A stretch of 60,331 nucleotides of DNA, counting the filler, from Dugesia japonica (taxonomy: Eukaryota), in NCBI GenBank assembly GCA_001938525.1. It is 5 parts of 5 records of this genome, joined end to end, with 100 filler letters (N's around TTAATTAATTAA, not from the genome) between each part and the next. Parts side by side here need not be neighbours in the genome. Positions count along the whole stretch, not along the records: positions 49,413 to 60,331 come from MQRL01586544.1; 4 more parts are not named here. The stretch is one strand, 5' to 3'. The position numbers and the translations under genes were made by a program. Positions 49,313 to 60,331 of the stretch are shown piece after piece (position 1 is the first letter of the stretch; each line of letters starts with the position of its first letter). The notes below the pieces were generated by a model, which was not told the DNA's origin, searched no databases, and worked only from the letters and a program-made list of their open reading frames with translations.

Positions 49313-49412
49313 NNNNNNNNNNNNNNNNNNNNNNNNNNNNNNNNNNNNNNNNNNNNTTAATTAATTAANNNNNNNNNNNNNNNNNNNNNNNNNNNNNNNN
49401 NNNNNNNNNNNN
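49313..49412. other. Artificial contig spacer
   Basis: 44N-TTAATTAATTAA-44N. Confidence 0.95.
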
Positions 49413-49896
49413 ATTTACTTAATATTTGAAAATATTCTAATACTCATAAGATTTAGATTTTTTTAATTTTCCAATTTATTGATTCTTATTTTTTTATTTT
49501 AGATTTTTATTTTATGAAAAATATAAGCCATTAATTTATTTATAAATCGATGATGTTTTAATTGATTCTGATAATTAATATCAGTGTTTTAATATTCTAA
49601 AATCATAAGAGTGGCAATTAAAACAAAAATTGTGTTGACTTTATTTTTAAAAATAATAATTCTAGATATTTTGATTTGTAACTTTGAAATGAATAATCAA
49701 ACATACATTATAAAAATATATTTTTTACTAATTAATAGCTATATTTATAAAAAAAATCAAAATACTGACATTTGAAACCAAATATGAGATAATTTATCAA
49801 TACTTTGAAAATATTAATAGCACTTAACACCGTTTTGAGACAAGATTTACTTGAAGAAACTTCTTACGAAAAGTATTAAAGTAATGACACTTGATA

Positions 49897-52800
49897 TTAT
49901 GCTAGTTTTGCTTGATACCAAGGTGTTCTTTTGCACCAACGAACAGTATATCCACTATTTATACGAGATTTAATGCTGGCAGCTTCGGCCGCATGAACTG
50001 TTTCTATAACACTTTGCATTAAATTTTTAGCATTACCAACAAGCATTTCCGTAGCCTCCTGATCTTCATCTGAGCCTTAAAGGAATTAAATTAACAATAT
50101 TCACAAAATAAAATCAATTCCAATCATGCTAATGCTAAATTATTGCACAAAAAATTTAATACAAAAATTCATAAAGCTGAATTATTACAATAAACATTTG
50201 AAAAGCGTTTATTATTGTTTCGTAAATGTTATAAAATTGTGATAAAAATTATTTGAGATTTTATTTTTTCATTTTACTACTTAAGTATAGAATTTGTTAA
50301 TGAATGAATATTAAAATAAATTTAACAACTTTAAAAAAATTGAAAGAATGAATAACCTAAAAGTAACAAAAGATAATAAAATATATACTTGATTAACAGT
50401 ACTTTATAATTCTTAATTTCTTGTGTTATTACAATACTTTAATTTATAGAAATCATTTAATATTTTTAAAATTATAATTAAATAAATATATGAAACATAA
50501 TTTTAACTAACGGATAATTCCAAATAGTATGACTAAAAGAAGTTCTTTTTTGAATTTTCATTAAATTTGGTCATACTATTTATTAGTATGACTATTGAAA
50601 AAAAATAGTCATAATATTGGGAATTATCCGTTAATTATTTTTAAAATAAGGAATAAACAAATATTTATTGCAATGTTATTAAAATTATATTTAATAATTC
50701 AAGTATTTTTCAGTTTATTATTTTATTTCCACATCAAATATAGAAAGTCTAACGTTGTGTAAAAGTGATGTTGAATGCACAAAATTTCATAATATATCAA
50801 ATCATGAAAAGTCAAATCCCAAATTAAAATTTTATTAAATTTCCTCTATTTTAGAGACGAATTATTTGTTTAAAAGTTGAATCACAGTGGTGAATACTGT
50901 AATTACGTAAATCGAGGTACAAATTTGATTGTATCAAATTGTTAGAAATTATTAAATTATCAAATGAAATGTATACCGGAATAGCTTGTAGATAATCATC
51001 ACAATTCTTTCTCTTTTGAGTAGAATTTACTTTTTAATTATAATTTAAGTATTATAATTGAGTTGCACATTTAATTGATGGATAGTAGCTGATTTATTAG
51101 ATATTCCGTAAAGATCTTTCGGTGTTTTAGTATGAAATAAAAATCAATTTTTAAACACACAGAAAATCTTTGTTCTAAAATCTATTGACCATTATTATCG
51201 AAAATTTGTAGCTATCTCTCAGTCAATATTAAAATTTCCTTTTTATAAAATTTCTGATTTTCTTCAGCAAAAAACTATTCCAAGTACGTTTTGATGTTAT
51301 CATCTGAGGTAAAGGTTTACCCAGTCAAAGGTATGCTAATAAAAACCGAAATAACTTAATAATTAGTTTGCATTGGTGGTATCAAATGATTTAATATTTT
51401 CTAAACATCAAAATGTGCTATTTTCACATAGTTAAATTAAATTACTATATGAAAAATATACAAAAAATTTACAATTCCCATGGAACATTTAATACATTTT
51501 TGGATTGGTTATGAATTTGTGTGAAATGATGCATTCAAAAAATATTTTTCCATGATGAACGCAGCTGAATTTAATCAAATTTTACTGCATGATTAGAAAT
51601 CTTTAAAAATTTTAACTCAATTTACTTAATAAACTATACTAAGCTTTCCTATTTAAAATAAAAAAAAATTTTATATTTGTAAAATATTTAAAATGTGCTA
51701 ATTTATTTAATGTATATCAAGCAACAAAGAGCAAGCGTTAGCTGTGTCAAACAATAAATACACCAATTTCATGCAGAACATTATTTTTACCACAATTCAG
51801 TTCCGACTCTTCCTGTGTTACAGTTGTAACAATTTCTGATTGATCATCATTTTCTTCTACGTATTATAATCAATAAAGTCATTCAAAAAAACGTACAATT
51901 CCATAAATCGATTTTTAAAATTTCCACCAATTTAAAACAAATATAAAAACAAATAACTCAATGTTAATTTATAATTTGAAAATAAATTAAAAAATCTAGA
52001 TCCGGCACGGTACTGTGATAAATTTCATTAAATTTTATTACTGGGAGTTGGCGCTAGTTTTGATCTTTGAAATTTAACATTTTCCTTTATGTGAAATTTA
52101 AATATATTTATGTAGTTTTAATAAAATATTTCTTGAATATTTTAAATGAATATTCGGTTATTGACGATTTTACTAAATAATAATTTCCGATAAAATGGAA
52201 AATGACTAAGAAAATTTGAAGCATATCATTTGATTTTTTTATATAAATAATAATATTCTTTCTCAATAATATTAAAATAAAAATAAAGCCGATCAACATT
52301 ATTTAATTGTGTTAGGAGTTTAAAAAGAAACTCCTATTTTTAATTATTGAAAATCATCATTTTTTAAATAATTTTAATGAAATTTATATTAATTATTATA
52401 GCCAGTAAATTTTGTCAACATTAAAATAAGCTAGCCTTGAAAAACTTTGTTTTAAAATTCTGAATTAGAATATTAATTTTAATTATTGTTATTTCAATTA
52501 TTTTATGTATCCAGTTACTGAAAACGAACCTAATAATTTAGCAACAGCTAACATGGCGACTACTACCAAAGATTTATTGGTTAGCAGACTATTACCAGAA
52601 AGATTCTACAGAGGGATGAATTCTACCTGGAAGAATTTATTACAGATTGCCAACTATTTTTCAGTGTTACCAATAATAATCTGAAAATGCAGAAAAGTTT
52701 GGATAAATCATTGTTGGAGAAAGAAAATCTTTTGAAGAAAAGCTCAGAAATGCCTTCTAGAAACCAAGATCGTTAAGTTATGAGCAAGGCAACGATTCCG

Positions 52801-55800
52801 CCGAAATATTCATCGATAAAATCAAAAAATTGACAAAAAAATTAATTAATCATAAATGGGACAAAGAAGAAATAGAAAAATGCTTATTAATGCATTGTGT
52901 TGGAGATAAAGATGTCAAAAAAGAAATAGAAATGCGAGATTTAAGAACATCAGAACAAATTAGATCAACATTTAAAAAAGTGGAAAGTAAATAAAAAAGT
53001 AAATAAAGCAATTGGTCACATAAATGTTCTCAAAACCTCAACAACAATTAATGTCAGAAGTTACATAGACGTGGTACAGAAGGGACATATAAATATGAAA
53101 ATCAATAGATATGATGAAAATAGACGAATTCTAGTTTGTTGGACATGCTAAAAATGTTGGCAAACAAACAGAGATTGTCAAATGAAAAGAATTATTCGAT
53201 GATATGCATGTGGAGCATTGGGAAATATGCGCAGAGAATGAATGTCCAAAAAGATGTCTTTTACGGGGAAATTACTTTTTATAAAATCTTGAAAGTGTTT
53301 TAATGAAAACTAAAATTCTTCATTTGTTATTGAAATTATTTTCTATAAAAAAATCTTCAAATTAGTTTTGAATGAAATCTGAAATTTTAAATCTATTAAA
53401 AAATAGTTTTTAATTAGAGAATGAAGTTTTAATTTGTTTGAATAAACAAATAATGTTGTTATAGTTTTTGTTGGAAATAAATTTTATCATGGAGTTGAAT
53501 TTTGATGTTGATGATCCTATGAGTACTCGAAACTCATCTAACAATACTAANNNNNNNNAAAAAACAATACTAGATAAATGTAGAAATATTTAAAACCGAT
53601 GAATTATTAAGATGTGCGAATGATAGTAAATTAGAAACCATGGGTAAGATACATATTAATGTCAAATTAGGAAATGAAGAGTGGTAAAAAATATTATTTA
53701 AAAAAGTAATCTATTTCAAATGAGACTCAGATAGAACTTTTTTTTAAATTAACAAAACGAAATATCCCTAATGTAACTCGGAAATGCTTTAATTAAAAAT
53801 CAATTTTTAATAAAATGATTAAATGTTAAAAATTGATTTAATATTTTGTCATATCAGTATAGTTTCATCGATAAAAAATGTGAAAATAAATACTAATATT
53901 TACACAAATTTTTTTTATTTGTTTTTGATATTTTTATACATTAGAATGTAAGTTATGTTTTCTTTTTTTGAAATATCATAATCACTCGACCATCGTTTAA
54001 CGAAATATCTCGTTCCAAAAAAGTTTATCGTAAATCGAAATTCTTTTCTAAAAATCTATGTATATGCCTTGTTATTCTGATTAGGTAAACATATTTAATA
54101 CTAAATAATANNNNNNNNNNNNNNNNNNNNNNNNNNNNNNNNNNNNNNNNNNNNNNNNNNNNNNNNNNNNNNNNNNNNNNNNNNNNNNNNNNNNNNNNNN
54201 NNNNNNNNNNNNNNNNNNNNNNNNNNNNNNNNNNNNNNNNNNNNNNNNNNNNNNNNNNNNNNNNNNNNNNNNNNNNNNNNNNNNNNNNNNNNNNATTTCT
54301 TTTATAAACAAAAAAAATTAAATTCAACATTAATATAGCTATGTAATTATAATGTAATTATAATAGTCAAGAAATAAACGAAAAAACATCCATTCATTTG
54401 AACATCAAACAATAAAAAATTCAACTTTTACCCAGAAACCCGATAACGTACATAAATTCAAACATTTCTATTTATTGTTTTATAGAATGGTATCACTACA
54501 TAGTTACAATATTCATGATTATTAACATATAAATTAAGTACATTTAAATCATATGTATACGTATATGCATTTAAAATAAGAGATTTTGTTTGTAAATCAA
54601 AATTTCGTTTCGTTACCACGAACTAANNNNNNNNNNNNNNNNNNNNNNNNNNNNNNNNNNNNNNNNNNNNNNNNNNNNNNNNNNNNNNNNNNNNNNNNNN
54701 NNNNNNNNNNNNNNNNNNNNNNNNNNNNNNNNNNNNNNNNNNNNNNNNNNNNNNNNNNNNNNNAACTTTAATAAAAGTACTTATTTGAGTATAACTTTGT
54801 ATATAAATATCTACGCCAAATATTTATAATTTACGTACACATTCTTTTTTCCTCATAAACATATTGAATGTCTTCAATTTTTAATTTCTTCAGAAAATAA
54901 TTTTTCAATTTACTATTAATATAATTTAAAATTATATTGCAAATTATTAAATTCAAAAAATAATTCTTAATTTAAATTTCATTTTTGATAAAAAATCTCA
55001 ATTTTCATCTAAAAAAATTACACCGTATTTCAATGAAAACTGTCATAATTGTAAAAATAAGGATGTAATCTGATGCATTTGTAGTGAAAATACTGATTTA
55101 TTTGAAAAAAAATTGAAGATGTTATTTTAATGTATTTTATTCATGTATTTTCTCATTGATACCATGCATATCATCCTACTAGTGTTTAATAGTCATTGAA
55201 TAAGTATGGTAAGTATTAATGAATATTAATATGAAGACTTAGACTTCACTCAAATAAAACAAACGAACCAATTAAAACAAATAAATAATAGAAATTAAAA
55301 TAAAATTTAACATAAGATTGGTAACAATAAAAAATAATTACTAAACCTTTACTTACATTTTATTTAATAAAAGGCTAAAAAATCTATTAGAAATATTAAA
55401 AAAGCAAACCGTTAAAAGCATAAACAGAATAGAATAAATTTATAAAGTAGTAAAGTTAAATTGTAATAAACAAACCTTGAGTTCCCAACATAGTTGCTTT
55501 AACGGTAGACAATATTCTCAATTGTGTACCAATTGTAGGAATTCTATCACAAATTTGTAATAAATTCTAATTAATTAAAAAAATTTAAAAATCAATGTGT
55601 TAAAAATAATATTAAAAACATTTTTAATTCTAATGTCAGTGCAGGCTTCGCCCAGTTTTCTTGCACATCTTGTCACTTCTTCAGATGCTTCTGCAATCGC
55701 CTTTGCTACATCAATAAGATCTTTTTTCGATCCATTTTCGCCTCTTAATAAAATTATATGTATTAGCAATAATTCATTAACCAAGTTTTAATTACATTAA

Positions 55801-58097
55801 ATATAAAATAAAACGAAAATATAAAATATACTGACATATATGTTACCCCAAATAGTTTATGTGATCCTGCTTATAAAAGGAACATAATAAAAAGGTTTGG
55901 TGTTTCGTTATTGATCATTGTCATCAACTCATTTTAAATCCATTGAAAGCATCGAATATTTATTAAAGTTACCGCCATCAAATGGATATAGAAACAAATG
56001 CTTCATTTACATTGCGAGATGCTTATAATGCTTTCCGACGTCTTTTATACTCATACAAAAAATTGCGCGGTGTTCGTTATTTTTCATCATTGATTAATTA
56101 TCAAAAATAAAACTTTCTTTAATAATATTTCAATAAAGATTTTTAATCAAAATATTGAGCAGATAAAACGATTTAAAATAATGTCTAATATTATATTAAA
56201 TATTAAAACATTTTAAGAAATATGAAACAGTCAACTATGTAAAAACCAACATTCATTTTTTACGAATATAATAGATAAAAACTCAAAATTATGAACAAAT
56301 CAACTAGTAATTTCAAAATGAAGATCATTTTTATTTTAATGCTTTTGAAAATTGTAATTTTATGCATTGTCTTAAAAGTATTATCTTTTCTTGTATTATA
56401 AATTTTTTGAAAAATTATAGTGCTCAAATTGTGAATTAATTTTAAAAATAAGAAAATTAAGCCTACATTTAAAAATTATCGCTTCCAAGATCAATTGAAT
56501 TTTGAACATAAAATTCATACTAATTCGACAATATCATATACTAGTAAAATATTCAAGTAAAATATTGTTGTCGTAAACTAAATTAAATAATTTTATTAGT
56601 ATTCTTATTAATTGTAATTATTGTGAGAATAATTGTTGGACGTAACCATTGNTCGTTTTTTAGAATTCATTTAAAATAAAAGCTTCGATCAAAATTTGTA
56701 TTTTTGGTTTTTTGAGATTAATTCGACATTTCGATATTATTCGTCAGGAATTGACTTTGTGATTTCTTATTAAATTTAATATTATTCTTTGTCTTGTAAA
56801 TAAGAGACAGGAAAGGATAAATGTTTAATAAATTATCTAATTGCAATTACAATTATTGCGAGAATAATTGTTGGTCTTAACCATTGATCGCATTTGAGAT
56901 TTCATTAAAATATTAGCATCTATCAAAATGTTGTTTTGTTTCTTTTTATTAATCGAATTTTCGACTATTATCTCCTTCAGGAATATTTAAAAAAGAAAGG
57001 AATAACAAAAAGAAACAACACAGCATTTTGATCGAAGCTTATATTTTAATGAAATCTAATATCAATTAAATTAGAATATCTAAATTTACCTAGAAATTAT
57101 ATTATAACGAAGTCTTCGGTTCAAATTATATTCAATTAATTTAATTTTTCTCGATAAATTGACCTTAATATTTAGATTTGTACTGTTGACATTTTTTATT
57201 ATAAATAATTTCAGAAATAAAAATTCTATAAAAAATAATTAAATTTTTAAATCAAATTTGAGATTTAATCCAACATGTTGGATTAATGTAATGGTTGCAC
57301 AATATAATTTATTAGAGATCATATATATTGAATCAAATCGTTTATTAAATAAAATAATATTAAATCGTTAAATATTTTACAATCTAAATAAATTAAATTA
57401 TATGAAAAATTATACCAAAACAGACTAATAACATTAGTCTAACGAGATTATTGACCTCTTTCAAATTAACGAAATCGATCCAATCAATTTAAATGGTGCC
57501 ATTAAATAAATCCAATTACGATTGAGATACAAATGAATGCCAAAATAAATCCAGACAATCACTTTATGAATCATAGATATTATTAATAATATATGCTGAA
57601 ATAGTTGCTTACACATAATAAACTCAAATCCAATGAAAATGCATGTAGTGAATGGATAAAATATATCGTAATAGGAAACAATCGTATATATTTATTGTGC
57701 CAATAAACCCGATAAAATATTTAATTAAAATTACTAAATGATAATTACATGGACCATCTTAAAATAGTGGAGAAAATTAAATGCTAAAATTAGTATTTCA
57801 GAGAAGAAGTGTTCGTAAAACATAATTTTTTTAATACTTAAAAATAATTTAATAACAACCTCACTAATTGACTAAGTTTAGCCATTAATGTTGCCATTCT
57901 TTTAGCAGCAGCTACGATTTCATTATCTTTACTAGACCATTGCTTGGCTTCGGAATGTAGAACATGAGCCGCAGCCTAATTATAGAAATTATGTCAGTAT
58001 TAATAAAGGAAATCCATTTCATTTACTAAAATAGGTTGATTTGCTTGAGCTGCTGGAAAATCAAAATGATCGTCTCCTTCACCATCGCTTTTTGGTT
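49897..58097 (-). CDS. VCL: Vinculin, 3' exons (tail domain): 58027-58097, 57860-57975, 55620-55743, 55476-55566, 49897-50075
   Basis: [115 protein letters not shown]; GT-AG introns in consistent phase. Confidence 0.95.
50508..50633. mobile_element. ~125-bp MITE-like hairpin in a vinculin intron
   Basis: taacggataattccaaatagtatgacta versus tagtcataatattgggaattatccgtta. Confidence 0.7.
52553..53245 (+). pseudogene. LTR retrotransposon gag remnant with two decayed CCHC knuckles
   Basis: [18 protein letters not shown]..; [13 protein letters not shown] and [12 protein letters not shown]; possible primer-binding site TGGCGCTAG at ~52048. Confidence 0.65.
56609..56758 (-). mobile_element. Penelope-type hammerhead repeat copy
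   Basis: Minus strand reads AATTC-CTGACGA-ATAATATC-GAA-ATGT-C-GAATT (stem II damaged), plus the family tail. Confidence 0.7.
56839..57057 (-). mobile_element. Penelope-type hammerhead repeat copy with an inverted flank
   Basis: Minus strand reads ATTC-CTGAAGG-A-GAT(AATA)GTC-GAA-AATT-C-GATT; inverted segment at ~57005-57057. Confidence 0.7.
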
Positions 58098-58399
58098 CTA
58101 TTAAAACAAAATATTAATAAAATAATTTAATACGAATAAAACATTCGAGAAAAATTCATTTACAAATGACAAATACAAATTCGTGATAAACACATTAAAA
58201 AATTTACTACCTAAAAATTCTAAACTCCTAACAATGACAAGACAATTAGAAAGATTTTTAAATTAGTAATTAATATTTAAATAAAGATAAAATAAGGGAT
58301 AATTCTATTTAAAACTGAAACTAAAATAACTTTCACAACAAATGTTAAATAAGCATTCAAAAATATTTTTATTTTCAAATATAATAAACTAAAAACGAA

Positions 58400-58665
58400 G
58401 ATTCCACGAGGCACGATATCATGCATGCATCTTAATAATGAACTAATACCTGAATTCATTAACTGACTATTCAAAGTAGAATAGTTAATGTCAGAAGTTA
58501 ACGTTGATTTATTCGGATAATACGTAGATGCGTTATCGAGATTAGTTTTATCTGATACAAACGAGCTGACATCAGTACTCCTGAGAGACGAATATATCGA
58601 TGTTCCGGTCTCAGATGCCGATTCAAACATTGAGATAGTGTCATGTGATGGTGGCAAATGATAAA
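58400..58665 (-). CDS. Candidate Ser/Thr-rich exon upstream of the vinculin tail
   Basis: Open, GC-elevated frame LPPSHDTISMFESASETGTSIYSS...; preceded by an AG acceptor. Confidence 0.35.
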
Positions 58666-59609
58666 CTTAAAAATAATTGCTTGGGAAATTCAGTCATAAA
58701 TTTTTAAACTTTGACAAAATGAATTTGATATCTTATAATACAATAATAATAATAATAATAATAAATAATAATCATTTAAACTTTCAACAATTTATTTTCA
58801 ACGAATTAATTATTACTAAAAATTTTGATAAATTTTACAACTAATTTCAAAAATCAATAAATGTTATGGATGGTAGGTGGATAGGTACACACGAGGCCAC
58901 CTGTGAATAAAATTTATCATATTACATAATTAATGCACACAAAATAAGCATGGCATTTAACTTATTGCATAATCATCTTCATGGAACTCGACATTACATA
59001 ATCGCAATATATTGTCAATTAATCATCGTCTACGTCGTTGTCGTCTTCTTCTTTGACAAGCTGAGGTCATTAAAACTTAGCGATTAAATACTTATTATTT
59101 AATTATTAATTTTAAAATGACTATAGACCATACTAGTATTTCTTCCGCTCCAAAAGCGTTTATCATCCAGACAAGACAATACACATTTGTTACTATCTAA
59201 TGATAAAACCATTAAATGAGATACATTCAATAAACCATTTGTTGTAAGTATGCCCCACTATATTAGGATTTATTCATATTTTATCATTTAGAACAACACA
59301 GGGACAAGCAAGTAATACATATTCAATTATTTCTTATCCAAATTAGGTTTCACTTCATTCTTTAGTAAGTTTCTTTGCTTTAAGTTAGAGAAAAGATAAG
59401 TAAGAACAAGAATGAGAAAGAGCAAGTAAGAAGGAACTAGTGAGAAGAAACTAATTCAAATGATGACAAGAAAGAGTGAGATAGTATTATCTAATTTACT
59501 TGAAGTCATGAAAACTAATCTGAAATTTACATTAACTTTTTTATAATCATTGGAAATTTACTTAAACTTTATTGAATTTCAAAAATCCTTTGTAAAAGAA
59601 TGTGAAAAT

Positions 59610-59685
59610 AGATTTCATTAAAATAAAAACTCAAATGTGACCAATGGTTACGTCCAACAATTATTCTCGCAATAATTGTAATTAT
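59610..59685 (+). repeat. Tail fragment of the Penelope-type repeat
   Basis: ccaatggttacgtccaacaattattctcgcaataattgtaatt. Confidence 0.7.
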
Positions 59686-60331
59686 ATAAATGTGAAAATA
59701 ATTTTACAAAATTACATGAACTTTGAAAATTTACATAAAGTATTTTAAAACTAGTTAAAATTTACACTAACATTTTAATCATACTAAATTATATGTGATA
59801 AAAGTATAATACGATGTATTACATACACAGTATGAGTACAATACAAGTGCGAAATTAGATCAATATGAATGTCACTCTAGTGACATTCTAGCATCATTCA
59901 AGGAAAGAAAATCATAATCATAAAAAATATTGATTCTGATATTGTCAAGTTTCATGCCCCTCTAATTTATTCATATAGTTACTTGGTAATACAAGAATTT
60001 CAAATTTTAATATTCCAGGGAGAACAGCTAGATTTTAATTTTCTATGGGTTTTCATAATGGTACTCCATTACTCATACAATTCACCAATTGTTCACTCAA
60101 TCAAACCAAATAATTCAGTTAATTTTTCACATTAATTAATTTAAACTATAATAGTTAAAGATTCTTGAAAAAATAGGTTCATTCTAACAAATGTATTTTA
60201 TTTACCTATTAATCATACTTAGTACAGTTAACTCATTAAAGTCAAATCTAAACATAAAATATAATATTCGCTATCATAAGATTAAAGTCATAGTACACAG
60301 CTCGCGCTATCATCAAGTCTTAACATACACA

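Overview
Very AT-rich, intron-containing animal genomic DNA. The vinculin gene, a dynein-heavy-chain-domain gene, (AAT)n tracts and the transposon content suggest an invertebrate such as a planarian, but the taxon is my inference. The window is five sequence blocks joined by identical artificial 100-bp spacers (44 N + TTAATTAATTAA + 44 N at 8409, 29794, 39694, 49313), so adjacency across spacers is not evidence of linkage. The main content is three decayed copies of one endogenous Polinton/adintovirus-like virus family. (1) A 5.56-kb element at 15854-21417, bounded by ~165-bp terminal inverted repeats (TIRs). It carries a major capsid gene and a Zn-finger/parvovirus-type PLA2/rve-integrase gene on one strand and an HTH/coiled-coil/C2H2 module on the other, with no recognisable DNA polymerase, packaging ATPase, penton or protease. 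(2) A larger copy at ~31840-39441 with the full virion module (hexon, PLA2-integrase, ATPase, core, penton, adenain protease, fiber-like and membrane genes), abutting an intronless BIR-BIR-RING IAP remnant. (3) A partial accessory module at ~6060-8408. No pPolB is visible in any copy. Also present: a dispersed Penelope-type repeat carrying minimal hammerhead ribozyme motifs (best copy 27356-27390), several AGTAGAT-starting element termini, a Tc1 pseudogene, LTR gag remnants, and nested foldback/MITE elements. All family assignments come from motif recognition by eye; no searches were run.
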